Shown: piece after piece, positions 43,890 to 53,498 of the stretch
Layout of the letters: each line of letters starts with the position of its first letter
How positions within the stretch are numbered: the stretch's first letter is position 1
Assembly (NCBI GenBank): GCA_905182185.1
Contig: CAJJAP010000004.1
Location: 72,178 to 136,177 of the forward strand
Origin: an uncultured Candidatus Poseidoniales archaeon
GTDB taxonomy: Archaea; Thermoplasmatota; Poseidoniia; Poseidoniales; Poseidoniaceae
Length of the DNA stretch: 64,000 nucleotides
Direction: 5' to 3'
Program-made: the position numbers and the translations under genes
The notes under the pieces: model-generated
Databases searched by the model: none
What the model was told of the DNA's origin: nothing
What the model saw: only the letters and a program-made list of their open reading frames with translations

Positions 43890-44162
43890 TCTCTTGTTAC
43901 GATCCTTTGGGCTACTTGTCACTTTTTCAATTTAATGAATAGCTGACCTAAAAAAATTGGCGAGAAAATAATGCACTTGAGCTTCTTGCACAAAATACGT
44001 CATAATCTCGATCACCTTCCTGACCCTGAGCTTGCTCCATGAGGAGGTTTCTCTGAATCGCAATGGCTTCGGCTTCACGTATGCAGAGGATGGCGGCAGT
44101 CATTGTCCCGAGGGACTCAGCCGCCAACGCCGTTCTACACAACGCAAGCAACCCCCCGTCTC

Positions 44163-44180
44163 ACCTCCCCTATATCAAGA
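44163..44180 (-). promoter_or_regulatory. Putative 16S rRNA promoter
   Basis: Minus-strand TTGATATAGGGGAGGT upstream of a GC-rich structured leader; 13 nt are shared with 58888-58900. Confidence 0.5.
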
Positions 44181-44224
44181 TAACCTATCTCGCAGGGGGC
44201 GAGAAATGACGCACTGCTAAGCAA

Positions 44225-44278
44225 TTATTGGCAAAAAATTCCGGCCCTGGCTCTTCAATTATAGGCCGGCGCCAATAA
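44225..44278 (-). terminator. Possible terminator of the ribosomal protein/secY operon
   Basis: CCGGCC...GGCCGG stem followed by AATTTTTT on the minus strand, nested in a TTATTGGC/GCCAATAA inverted repeat. Confidence 0.45.
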
Positions 44279-44439
44279 CCACATTCCAATTAGTCAAAAT
44301 GGCGACTGATTATGAAGCAATAAGACTGATTTTCGCCCTATTAGGACAACTATCGTTCAAAGACAAGTTCTGATGCAAAATTGACAACAGGACCGATACT
44401 AACAATGTTGAGGCATCGATGGCCGGAGGCCCCTGTAAA

Positions 44440-46383
44440 TCATTCAGCGCCGAAGAACTGGCGGATCATCGGATGCATCTCCATCGCCTGTTCTTTCTGA
44501 ATCTGCTCATAGGTCCGCAAGATGATACCAACGGCTAGCAATAGACCTGTACCCGTAGCATTACCCACCGTACCTAACAAGTCGGCACCAGCAGCTAGCA
44601 ATCCTACGAAAGCACCAGAGAAGTATGTCACTGGAGGAATATAATTCTCAAGAATCTTTTCTAAAATCTTTGGATTCTTACGGAAACCTGGAATCTGCAT
44701 TCCGGTCCGTTCAATCTGCTTTGCTACGTCCTTCGTACCCATATTTGTAGTATCTATCCAGAACTTAGCGAATACCATAGAACCTGCAGTCATCAAGGCT
44801 ACATAGAATACTACGTGTACCATGATTTGAGTTAGCGAATGGCCGAATTGATCACCAGTTTGATTGAGCAGCGGCATAAACCAATCATTCACCCCATTTA
44901 CCATACTTGCATACCAGGCAAATCCACCTGAGGCCGTCGTTTGACCTTGATCATATGTACCGATATATTTCGACATAGAAGCGATACCCTCCCGACCCAA
45001 TATTGGTGTCTGCGAGAGCGTAGGATGGCTCCAGAACAAGAGTGTGAACATGTTGACGTTTGCTAATAAAGCGGCCATTAAAATGACCGGAATGTTACTC
45101 GCATAAACTAAACGAATAGGATATTTACCTCTATGACCACGGACTTTACCATGAGTCAAAGGAAGTTCCAATTTACTTGATTCTGCGAATGCAACAACTA
45201 GGAACACAACGATGGAAGAGAATAGCGCAGCCATAGGGTTGACGTGAGTCAGTAAAATGGTTTCGAAACCATTACCACCGCCAGGCAGTGAAACCATTTG
45301 GGTTGCCGTCGCCTCCCTAAACATGTAGAATATCATCGGTAGTGTCCCTGATGGAGGATTGGCTAGACTGTATGCTTGTCCTGCTGTAGCAGGGAGAGGA
45401 GAGAGAGTTCCAACGAATGTTGACTGTGCAACACCTGCAGCGATGAATAAGGAGATACCAGAGCCGATACCCCACTTGCTGACAAGTTCGTCGAGAAGGA
45501 ATACCAGGTAGGAACCAGCGAATAGTTGAGCGACGATAACGAAGTTAGCCCAACCCATTCCATATGCATCGATTAGCCACTCACTAGGATCTAAGAACCC
45601 ATAGGTCTGTGGAATCGATTCAATTGGGATCATTATTAGAACAAGTAGTTTTTGAACACCTTGGTAAAGAGCTTTATCATCGGAGTCACCTAGATCTAAT
45701 CTAATAATCTTAGCACCAGCGAATAATTGCATAATAATGGAACCAGTAACGATTGGACCGATACCCAAGTGCATAATGGTACCAGAAGCACCTGCCATAA
45801 TCGAACGGAATCCACTGAATAGGTCAAGTGCTTGACCTGACAATCCGAATAGCATGACATTGGTCATTGCGAAATAGATAATCAAAACGAATGTGGTAGT
45901 CCACATCTTTTCATTAAATCTAACGTGTCGGTCTGGCTTGGTAATAGTTGGGTAAACATCTACGAATCTTCGTAGAGCGTATAAACGGCTGCTTTCATCA
46001 CCACTCCACATGAAACAAGTAAGGATAGCAGCAGCCCCGAATCCAAGGAGAATAACCCCCACAAGGAAGAAACCTACTGCTTCATCATAACCGCCCCATG
46101 CTGCAGGACGGACATAGTAAACTGCGAATGCAACAAATGCCAACCATCCCATTAATTTACCATAACGGCCGACAAACTTCTCTTTCAAATTACTTGGGAC
46201 ATCTGTTCGGAAACAGAAGATACAATACGCAAGATAAATTACAGACAAAACCAGACCAACAACTGCTGCTTCGAATGCTGGACCACTTTCTGTGGATAGA
46301 GCATCTGATTGCCAATAGATCATCAGAGCATAGTATAATGCACCGGTTAATCCGATTGCCCATGGTATTGATTTGTGTTTCAT
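44440..46383 (-). CDS. secY: Preprotein translocase SecY with N-terminal 4-TM extension
   Basis: LGIGPIVTGSIIMQL, DELVSKWGIGSGISLFIAAG, YPIRLVYASNIPVIL, IPGFR, GTGLLLAVGI. Confidence 0.97.
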   Translation of the reverse strand: MKHKSIPWAIGLTGALYYALMIYWQSDALSTESGPAFEAAVVGLVLSVIYLAYCIFCFRTDVPSNLKEKFVGRYGKLMGWLAFVAFAVYYVRPAAWGGYDEAVGFFLVGVILLGFGAAAILTCFMWSGDESSRLYALRRFVDVYPTITKPDRHVRFNEKMWTTTFVLIIYFAMTNVMLFGLSGQALDLFSGFRSIMAGASGTIMHLGIGPIVTGSIIMQLFAGAKIIRLDLGDSDDKALYQGVQKLLVLIMIPIESIPQTYGFLDPSEWLIDAYGMGWANFVIVAQLFAGSYLVFLLDELVSKWGIGSGISLFIAAGVAQSTFVGTLSPLPATAGQAYSLANPPSGTLPMIFYMFREATATQMVSLPGGGNGFETILLTHVNPMAALFSSIVVFLVVAFAESSKLELPLTHGKVRGHRGKYPIRLVYASNIPVILMAALLANVNMFTLLFWSHPTLSQTPILGREGIASMSKYIGTYDQGQTTASGGFAWYASMVNGVNDWFMPLLNQTGDQFGHSLTQIMVHVVFYVALMTAGSMVFAKFWIDTTNMGTKDVAKQIERTGMQIPGFRKNPKILEKILENYIPPVTYFSGAFVGLLAAGADLLGTVGNATGTGLLLAVGIILRTYEQIQKEQAMEMHPMIRQFFGAE

Positions 46384-46451
46384 GAAATCGCCTCTTATTG
46401 TTGGATATTATTTTTATTTATGAGTATTGAGGTTCAAAACCTTGGATAAGT

Positions 46452-46859
46452 TCATTCTTCTCCGGCTTCTTCCATTTCTAGAGAGCCGCCAGCAGCTTCA
46501 ATCTTCTCGATAGCTTTTGCACTTGCTTCAGCGACTATAATCTTCAATGCAACCTGCATTCGTCCACTTCCAAGAACCTTGTCGATATCTAATGCCGTCA
46601 AATCCAGTGTATCTGCACCATTTGCCAATTCTTCGAGTTGACTTACATTTACAGTAACACTGAAATTTCTAAGTGTTGGGTGACGGTTAAAACCGTGCAT
46701 TCCCCAGTGATTTGGCATGTACTTGTTACGGTACATAACACGGTGCTTATTCATACCCGCATTACCACGTCCACCACGCTTTCCTGCTCCACGACCTGCT
46801 TTCTTTCCACGACCGTGGTAACGGTTTCGTCCACGATGCTTATTTGCTTTAGTTCCCAT
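46452..46859 (-). CDS. rpl15: Ribosomal protein uL15
   Basis: RGAGKRGGRGNAG, KVLGSG, KIEAAGG. Confidence 0.95.
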   Translation of the reverse strand: MGTKANKHRGRNRYHGRGKKAGRGAGKRGGRGNAGMNKHRVMYRNKYMPNHWGMHGFNRHPTLRNFSVTVNVSQLEELANGADTLDLTALDIDKVLGSGRMQVALKIIVAEASAKAIEKIEAAGGSLEMEEAGEE

Positions 46860-46870
46860 TCAAAATCACC

Positions 46871-47341
46871 TCAAATCATACGCTCTACAAGAGCTGTAAT
46901 TTTATCGCCACGAGGGCCAAGTCCACCGCCAATAACGAATGTGCGCTTTATTCCGCCCCATCCCTTTGCTCCAACTGGTGGATGTAATCTAAACACACGC
47001 TTCAAGTCAGGTACTGCCTTGACTGTCGCTTTATCAGCGCAAATTGCCTTAGCAAAAGCCTTAATATTCTTGAAATCAGTGTGTTCTGCAACTATTTCAT
47101 CTGTCAATGGCTTGTCACCGACCATACGGCCACGCTCAGCAAGCATCTTCTCAACAAGTTCCTCTGTTGCTTCTCCCCAAGTGATGTAATCCTTGGCCTT
47201 CTGTAACATACCACGGTATTGCTCATTATTTGGAATAATGATTGCATGATTGACCTTAGTCAGGTTTAGATGGCTCATAGTCTCACGAATAGATCGTTCA
47301 ACATTTACATTACTTCTTGCACGTACTACGATAAAACTCAT
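46871..47341 (-). CDS. rpl30: Ribosomal protein uL30
   Basis: LNLTKVNH, KDYITWGE, FRLHPP. Confidence 0.95.
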   Translation of the reverse strand: MSFIVVRARSNVNVERSIRETMSHLNLTKVNHAIIIPNNEQYRGMLQKAKDYITWGEATEELVEKMLAERGRMVGDKPLTDEIVAEHTDFKNIKAFAKAICADKATVKAVPDLKRVFRLHPPVGAKGWGGIKRTFVIGGGLGPRGDKITALVERMI

Positions 47342-48102
47342 TCAATCATCCTCCCTTTGTGAATAAACAGACGTTCTGTTTGTTCGTTCGAAACACGGGT
47401 TGTGTTAAGATTTTTCAGCGCATTAAATGTTGCTGCGGCATAGTTGATTGTGGTACGAGTTTGTCCCTTGGTTCTTGAAAGTACGTCGGTAACTCCTCCA
47501 AGTTCAAGTACACGCTTTCCAGTTTCTCCAATAACTAATCCCTTACCAGATGGTGCAGGCATTAGAGTTACACGAGTAGAGGCTGAGCGTCCCTTAATCT
47601 TGAAAGGAATAGATGTTCCAGGACCCATAGAAGATTCCCAAGAACCATTTCCACGTTGTACTGAGATAACATTCAACTTTGCTGCGACGATTGCCTTTTC
47701 GATAGCTTGTCCAACGTCCTTTGCTTTTGCCATTCCAAGACCAACATATCCATCACGGTTGCCTACGCAAGCCATTACATTGAATCGGACACGTCGTCCA
47801 CTGTCAGTCATTCTTTGAATCATGTTAACCTGAATTACTTCATCCTCAAGATTTGGGATTAGTGCATCAACGATTTCAACTTCCCTAATAGGGAATCCAG
47901 AAATCAAAGCTTGTTCAAAGGTGATAATTTCACCAGCCATGACCTTTTGGCCAAGACGAGTACGTGGTTCCCACTTACGCAAATTTGCAATCGGATCATT
48001 CTGCTTTCTTTTACGGCGGCGGTCTGATGGATCTTCCTTTGGTTCAGGAGCATGAGCCTGGATTAAACCTGGCGCCATTGGTTTTACTTCTTCTTCAGTC
48101 AT
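47338..48102 (-). CDS. rps5: Ribosomal protein uS5
   Basis: WEPRTRLG, QRMTDSGRR, GSWE, GQTRTTIN. Confidence 0.96.
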   Translation of the reverse strand: MTEEEVKPMAPGLIQAHAPEPKEDPSDRRRKRKQNDPIANLRKWEPRTRLGQKVMAGEIITFEQALISGFPIREVEIVDALIPNLEDEVIQVNMIQRMTDSGRRVRFNVMACVGNRDGYVGLGMAKAKDVGQAIEKAIVAAKLNVISVQRGNGSWESSMGPGTSIPFKIKGRSASTRVTLMPAPSGKGLVIGETGKRVLELGGVTDVLSRTKGQTRTTINYAAATFNALKNLNTTRVSNEQTERLFIHKGRMIE

Positions 48103-48103
48103 A

Positions 48104-48613
48104 TCAGTAAGCCTCCTCTATTGCATTCTTTGTTGATTCTACCGCAGTTGCGATTGCATCACTGATGTGAGCGCCTGCTATCCTGCCTTCATCCGGCAAT
48201 ACATTCTCGCCATGAGGAATTTCTAATCCAGCATCAACCATACCCTTTAGGGCAGAGAAAACTCGCCCACCAGGGGTGCTTGCAGCAAGACCGATGTCCA
48301 GAACTGCTTCTGTTGCACCAGTTGCTAATGCTGCCTTGCCCATTGCAAAGCCCACTAGGTATGAAGCAGAAACAGATTTTTGAGAGAAACTCTCAGGCCA
48401 TCCGTATTTCTTTAGTAAATCAGAGCCGGTAACAGTAACTGCAACCAAATCTCCGTCCTTTGCCCAAGAAACTAATTGGCAAGTTGTTCGAGTGTTTGAG
48501 ATACGAACTACTGCACGAGGTTTATTGCCACGAAGTAACTTCAAACGGCGACGGTAATCTGTCAGTCCTGCTCTGCGTCGTCTAAATACTGAGCGTTGTC
48601 TATTTCCTCGCAT
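48104..48613 (-). CDS. rpl18: Ribosomal protein uL18
   Basis: FRRRRAGLTDY-RLKLL, VLDIG, GLEIPH. Confidence 0.95.
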   Translation of the reverse strand: MRGNRQRSVFRRRRAGLTDYRRRLKLLRGNKPRAVVRISNTRTTCQLVSWAKDGDLVAVTVTGSDLLKKYGWPESFSQKSVSASYLVGFAMGKAALATGATEAVLDIGLAASTPGGRVFSALKGMVDAGLEIPHGENVLPDEGRIAGAHISDAIATAVESTKNAIEEAY

Positions 48614-49074
48614 TATTGTTCACCTCCAGTGAAAGTTACACCCTCAACAGTCATCTGTGAGCGCATGTGAGCAATAGAACGGTATGAACCGCCCTTTGCC
48701 TTTAGATAATAACGGCGATACTGAGAAGGTTCGATAGTACCATCTGCACGGAAAGCCTTGAGAACACGGCGTTGGGAACGAATTGTTCTCATCCAACGGT
48801 TCTTCCTTGGGTTACGAGCGTTAGCAGTACCTGCACGAGTACCATGTCCCTTACGGCGACCCTTACGCTTTTGAGCAAGACGTAGGCGAGCACGAACACG
48901 AGATGTCCCCTTGATCGGCTTGGCCTTAATCCAGCCTTCTTCTATGAATTCACGGATGTCATCAGCTTGTACTGAATTAGCAATCTGGTCAACATATGAT
49001 GGGTTGATCCAAACACGGTGGACACCACATTTTAGAATTCTTGCAGCTAAACGCTTTTGATTAGTAATTTGCAT
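48613..49074 (-). CDS. rpl19e: Ribosomal protein eL19
   Basis: QKRLAARILKCG-RVWI, GTANAR, YLKAKGG. Confidence 0.96.
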   Translation of the reverse strand: MQITNQKRLAARILKCGVHRVWINPSYVDQIANSVQADDIREFIEEGWIKAKPIKGTSRVRARLRLAQKRKGRRKGHGTRAGTANARNPRKNRWMRTIRSQRRVLKAFRADGTIEPSQYRRYYLKAKGGSYRSIAHMRSQMTVEGVTFTGGEQ

Positions 49075-49739
49075 TAAACATCCCTCCTTCTGTTAAGAAC
49101 ACGGATACCTAATTCATCAGCACGACTGTAGATGTGTCCGCACTTTCTTCTACCGACAGTACCACCAACACGTGCTGCTTCTGTCTCAGGATCAATCTCT
49201 TCCAAATCCCCAGAATTTTGAACCATTACTTCTCTAAATCCAGATGGATGTAGGCCATGAGCAGCGGAAACTTTTCCGTGACCGACTCTAACCAATGAAG
49301 AACGGTACTTGAGGTTCTTACGTTGTTTGTTGTCCATTCCGTGAGGTGCTCTCCAACCTGAGCGTGCAAGACGCTTGTATCGGAACCACTCAGTACGGCG
49401 GAAGGAAGGGGTTGCCTTCTTTTGCTCTGCACGTAAAGCTAGTGCTGCTTTTGTAGCATCATCTAGAACTGGCTTTTGTTTTGCGACGTGAACTTCTGCG
49501 ACATCCTTGTCCCAGTCTTCTTCATCGTCCCAGTTCTCGTCTTCTTCGGTAACTGTTGCTTCTTCAGCAACTGCTTCTTCAACAACTGCTTCTTCAACAA
49601 CTGTTTCTTCAACAGGTGCATTCCCTGCATCACTCAAACGAGAGACGAGGTCTGCCTTCTTTCCAGAAACTGGAAGTCCTGCTTCCTTCAGTTGAACCTT
49701 AAGTTCAGCGACTGTCATATTATCATAATCTTCTGTCAT
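49074..49739 (-). CDS. rpl32e: Ribosomal protein eL32 with N-terminal SAP domain and acidic linker
   Basis: P-FRR-EW-RYKRL, WRAPHG, GLHPSG, LGIRVLN; N-terminal MTVAELKVQLKEAGLPVSGKKADLVSRL. Confidence 0.95.
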   Translation of the reverse strand: MTEDYDNMTVAELKVQLKEAGLPVSGKKADLVSRLSDAGNAPVEETVVEEAVVEEAVAEEATVTEEDENWDDEEDWDKDVAEVHVAKQKPVLDDATKAALALRAEQKKATPSFRRTEWFRYKRLARSGWRAPHGMDNKQRKNLKYRSSLVRVGHGKVSAAHGLHPSGFREVMVQNSGDLEEIDPETEAARVGGTVGRRKCGHIYSRADELGIRVLNRRRDV

Positions 49740-49744
49740 TCAAA

Positions 49745-50287
49745 TCACTCCTTGTTTAGTAAATATATACCATCTTGGAAAACACGTCGGTCACGATTCT
49801 TCACCGTAGTACAGCGTTCAATATTCGCTGCTGTTTGACCAACATTTTCCTTGTCAATTCCAGTTACGGTCACTTCGACCTTTTTGCTGATTTTTACAGT
49901 AACTCCATCTAGAATTGCTGCTGTTCGTGGAACACGTTCACCAAAATAATTGTTTACAATAAATTGGTTTCCTTTCTGGGCAAGCGTCATAGGAAAGTGA
50001 GAGTAAAAGGCTTTCAGATTGTATGTGAATCCTTGCGTTACTCCTCTTACCATGTTATTCAGATGTGCTACCCAGGTTCCAACCATTGCCGCTTGTTTGC
50101 GGCGTGGCATATCTACACGAACTTTTAGTTCTGAACCTTCATGAAATAGATCTACTACTGGGCTTAGGAATTGCCTTGATAGTTTTCCTTTCGGGCCTGT
50201 TATTGTTACGACGCCATCTTCGCTGAGAGATACATTCACATCTTCAGGGATGGTTACTGATTTTTCGATTCTGTCGAGTTTTACCAT
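49745..50287 (-). CDS. rpl6: Ribosomal protein uL6
   Basis: GPKG, YSHFPM, VGQTAANIE, DRRVFQDGIY. Confidence 0.96.
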   Translation of the reverse strand: MVKLDRIEKSVTIPEDVNVSLSEDGVVTITGPKGKLSRQFLSPVVDLFHEGSELKVRVDMPRRKQAAMVGTWVAHLNNMVRGVTQGFTYNLKAFYSHFPMTLAQKGNQFIVNNYFGERVPRTAAILDGVTVKISKKVEVTVTGIDKENVGQTAANIERCTTVKNRDRRVFQDGIYLLNKE

Positions 50288-50297
50288 ATTATTCACC

Positions 50298-50687
50298 TCA
50301 ATATACGTAAGCGAGTAGCTTACCACCGATACGAGCGTCTTTTGCATCATAATGATGCATTACGCCGGAGTTTGTTGTTAGTATTAGAAGACCGAAGTCT
50401 TGAGCAGGAAGGTATCGAATTTCCCACTGGTCGTATTCTTGGCGGCGTACGCTGTGACGAGGTTTTACCGTACCACAGCGATTGATTGCACCGCGTAGTT
50501 CAACTACGTACATTCCGCCACGACCGTCTTCAGTACGGTCAATAGCTCCGACGTAGCCGGACTTTTGCATTATTTCTAGGACATTGCCAAGCAACTTACT
50601 TGCCGGTTTAAGTTCAACATTGAACTTTCCAGCCTGTTCGGCATTGTACATCTTAATTAGAGCGTCATTTAGTGGATCTGTTTGCAT
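50298..50687 (-). CDS. rps8: Ribosomal protein uS8
   Basis: DPLNDAL, INRCG, YLPA-FG, GGKLLAYVY. Confidence 0.96.
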   Translation of the reverse strand: MQTDPLNDALIKMYNAEQAGKFNVELKPASKLLGNVLEIMQKSGYVGAIDRTEDGRGGMYVVELRGAINRCGTVKPRHSVRRQEYDQWEIRYLPAQDFGLLILTTNSGVMHHYDAKDARIGGKLLAYVY

Positions 50688-50699
50688 ATTAATTCCTCC

Positions 50700-50852
50700 T
50701 CAACTCATTTTCTTAAATCCGATTTGTGGTGCTACGTCTCGGAAACATTGACGGCATAAGCGAAGCCCATGTCGGCGAATCATTCCTCTTTTTCGTCCAC
50801 ATCGTCGGCAGCCAATTGTGCGGCCAATTCTTTCTCCATGATCTCTTGCCAT
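50700..50852 (-). CDS. rps14: Ribosomal protein uS14 (50 aa; not in the ORF track)
   Basis: Manual translation: [50 protein letters not shown]. Confidence 0.95.
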   Translation of the reverse strand: MARDHGERIGRTIGCRRCGRKRGMIRRHGLRLCRQCFRDVAPQIGFKKMS

Positions 50853-50854
50853 TT

Positions 50855-51382
50855 TCAGTCCTCCAAAATTGTTAAATCGTAATTTTTCTTAAACCACTCT
50901 CTTGCTTCATCAGCAGTTACGTGGTGGCTCATTGCAACCTTTGCCTTGCCTTTTCTTCGGCGAGAGACACGGTGTCCTGGGCGTTCTAGAACAATTGTGA
51001 TATCCATTCCGTAGATTCCGATATCAGGGTTATACTTCTGGTCAGGGAAATCAGTGTAATCACGGATACCAAAGGAAAGGTTACCCGAGAGGTCAAAGTT
51101 CCACTTAGGAATAATCTTTTCACGGACCCAAAAAGCATCGGTTAAGAACTTCTTAATCGATTCCTTGTTCCTCATGGTTGCTTTACAACCAATCGGAGCG
51201 CCTAGGCGAACCTTCAGGTCACGGTTTTGGATTCTTCCAAGAGTTCTTTGAGGTTTTATACCGGTAACCAATTGCAATACACTTTCTGCATTGACAAGGC
51301 GATCTCCACCTTCACCAACACCGATGTTGACTGAAACCTTGGTAATCCTCGGCTCAGACATTGGATTTGCTTTCTCACTCAT
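50855..51382 (-). CDS. rpl5: Ribosomal protein uL5
   Basis: [35 protein letters not shown]. Confidence 0.96.
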   Translation of the reverse strand: MSEKANPMSEPRITKVSVNIGVGEGGDRLVNAESVLQLVTGIKPQRTLGRIQNRDLKVRLGAPIGCKATMRNKESIKKFLTDAFWVREKIIPKWNFDLSGNLSFGIRDYTDFPDQKYNPDIGIYGMDITIVLERPGHRVSRRRKGKAKVAMSHHVTADEAREWFKKNYDLTILED

Positions 51383-52080
51383 TCAACCACCTCTGACATT
51401 GGAAGTGAAACTTCTCCTACTGCGAAGACATTATCTAAAGTAGTACCAAATGCTTCGAATTGAACTTCGTTTGGCATACTGGAGCGCTTTACGATGTAAT
51501 CCTTAACTTCAGCATATTCTCCTACGTGAGAACCACCGGTCAAGAAACAACGAGTACCTTCACCGAAGCGAATGTGTTCAACTACTTCTTGAGAAGGAAG
51601 AGAAATCTTTAGTGAATCCCCTGTATTGTATTCTGCTGCATCTTCACAGATAATATTACGACCATCGTGTAAGTTGATTTGTGTCTTACCACCCTTGATT
51701 GTAGTCTTACCATCAATGCGGCAAATCTTCCAAGAAGCTTCTTCACTGGATATAGGATGGTATCTTAGTCTTCCTTTTACATCCAGAACACATCGGTAAT
51801 TAGTTTCACCAATAGTTAGGACGTCCATTAGACCAACACCACGACGTGTATCTTTGCAGATACGGCCATCAACTAGTGCTAATCCATTGTGTAGGATGTG
51901 GCGAACTTCTCTAGTTGATCGTGCGACTCCAAGTACATCACGGATGATGACATTGATAGGCATACACGTATCGAGTGCGTGAGCACCAGGTGCTGCACGA
52001 GTTACCCAAATAGTGGTCTTACGTGGAAGAGGCCAGCTACGTGGCATTGCTAAACGCTTCAAGTGATTACTGCTTCCCAT
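51379..52080 (-). CDS. rps4e: Ribosomal protein eS4
   Basis: HLKRLAMPRSW, VGLMDV, QINLHDGRN. Confidence 0.96.
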   Translation of the reverse strand: MGSSNHLKRLAMPRSWPLPRKTTIWVTRAAPGAHALDTCMPINVIIRDVLGVARSTREVRHILHNGLALVDGRICKDTRRGVGLMDVLTIGETNYRCVLDVKGRLRYHPISSEEASWKICRIDGKTTIKGGKTQINLHDGRNIICEDAAEYNTGDSLKISLPSQEVVEHIRFGEGTRCFLTGGSHVGEYAEVKDYIVKRSSMPNEVQFEAFGTTLDNVFAVGEVSLPMSEVVE

Positions 52081-52085
52081 TCTAT

Positions 52086-52493
52086 TCAACTCCTGTTACC
52101 GGTTAGTTGTTGCACACGCAACTTGTCGGTTTCGTCAAGTTTGACGACTACGACATTAGAAGAGTGGACCGGTACCGCTTCTTCCTTATTGTCTGATTTA
52201 CTTCCTTTAGCACCTTCGATGAAGATGCGTCCAGTCTCAGATTCGATTCTTAGAACTGCTCCAGTTAGTGGGTTTGCGTTACGCTTTCCACCATGGCGCT
52301 TTCCACCATTTGAGAAATCGCCGCGGATGACACGAACTGTGTCGCCTACACGAACTGTGACAGAGCGTACACTAGCAAAACGTGCATCTGGTTTGTCAAG
52401 AAGAAGTCTTGCTGCAATTCGCTTGCGCTTCTCATGAAGAGGAGCGTTATAGTGCGCCTTACGTTGTTTGTTTGGTTTCATACTTTTTACCAT
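52086..52493 (-). CDS. rpl24: Ribosomal protein uL24
   Basis: P-KQRK-YNAPLH, GDTVRVIRGD, PVHSSNV. Confidence 0.95.
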   Translation of the reverse strand: MVKSMKPNKQRKAHYNAPLHEKRKRIAARLLLDKPDARFASVRSVTVRVGDTVRVIRGDFSNGGKRHGGKRNANPLTGAVLRIESETGRIFIEGAKGSKSDNKEEAVPVHSSNVVVVKLDETDKLRVQQLTGNRS

Positions 52494-52503
52494 TCAATTC
52501 ACC

Positions 52504-52902
52504 TCAGATAATTTGTTTCGCGTTTGCTGCGATACGAGGCCAGCGTTCTGCTGCCTCTCTTGATACTGGCCCCTTAATATCGGAACCCTGGACATCGCCT
52601 TTCTCATTTGTAATGACGCAAGCATTGTCTTCGAATTGTACCCATGTTCCGTCAACACGACGGAAAGGTCTGCGTTGGCGGATGATAACTGCATTGAACA
52701 TTTGGCGACGTGTCTCAGGTGTACCCTTTTTGACAGAAACCTTAGCAAGATCACCTACTCCACCAGCAGGGTAACGACGCATTGTGTTACCCAACTTTAG
52801 AATGTTAATGATTTGTACAATCTTTGCACCTGTGTTATCTGCAACGTGTAGACGTGCAGCGGTTGGAAGACCACGGGTTTGACGTCCTGCAATTCCCTTC
52901 AT
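52504..52902 (-). CDS. rpl14: Ribosomal protein uL14
   Basis: ADNTGAK, SVKKGTPE, FEDNACV, IKGPV. Confidence 0.97.
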   Translation of the reverse strand: MKGIAGRQTRGLPTAARLHVADNTGAKIVQIINILKLGNTMRRYPAGGVGDLAKVSVKKGTPETRRQMFNAVIIRQRRPFRRVDGTWVQFEDNACVITNEKGDVQGSDIKGPVSREAAERWPRIAANAKQII

Positions 52903-53237
52903 TGTTCTTCACCACCGTTTATTTCTACAACACAGAATGAAACCGTCTTTGAAAGTGGTCTGCATTCCATAACCTTGACTTTGTCGCCAACGTTAACTTC
53001 ACCAACACAAGCAGGGAGATGTGCGGAAAGTGAACTTGTGCGCTTTTCGAATCTCTCGTACTTCTGCATGTATCGAACATTATGACGTTCAATCGTGATC
53101 GTTCTGCTCATACCAATGCCAGAGATTGTACCCTCTAGCATCTGTCCTCGTAAACGCAAACTGCCGTAAAACGGACAATTAGCGTCGCCATCCCATTCCC
53201 CTGAAGGTATCTTTACGTCTACTCCGATGTCTCGCAT
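52899..53237 (-). CDS. rps17: Ribosomal protein uS17
   Basis: CPFYG, KYERFEKR, ECRPLSKT. Confidence 0.96.
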   Translation of the reverse strand: MRDIGVDVKIPSGEWDGDANCPFYGSLRLRGQMLEGTISGIGMSRTITIERHNVRYMQKYERFEKRTSSLSAHLPACVGEVNVGDKVKVMECRPLSKTVSFCVVEINGGEEQ

Positions 53238-53239
53238 GA

Positions 53240-53497
53240 TTATGCCATCCTGTATTTTTTGTTGATTCTGTCTTCCGGGCGTTGTCCAACACGTGCCCCA
53301 TTTATTACAACATCACTGTTGCCGATTTTGAAATCAATACTTTGTTTTCCGAGGCTGATTTCATTGCTTTCCTCGAGTATTGTAATAGTTTCTCTGCTCT
53401 CATCAAGAACAACACCAATACGACCCAATAGTGAAGAGTCTGGTGATGCTACAACTGTGAGTTGTTCACCAATCCATGTAGAGTTGTAGATATTCAT
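53240..53497 (-). CDS. rnp1: RNase P protein Rpp29
   Basis: IG...V-S-D-L-GR-GVVLDES, RPEDR; canonical position in the cluster. Confidence 0.85.
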   Translation of the reverse strand: MNIYNSTWIGEQLTVVASPDSSLLGRIGVVLDESRETITILEESNEISLGKQSIDFKIGNSDVVINGARVGQRPEDRINKKYRMA

Positions 53498-53498
53498 A

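Noticed and set aside
43950..44160. SRP RNA or RNase P RNA
   Set aside because: CAGG..GGAA lacks the following AGCA of SRP helix 8. GAGAAACCUCC only loosely resembles RNase P CR-I and I see no CR-V. Kept only as a leader/ncRNA candidate.
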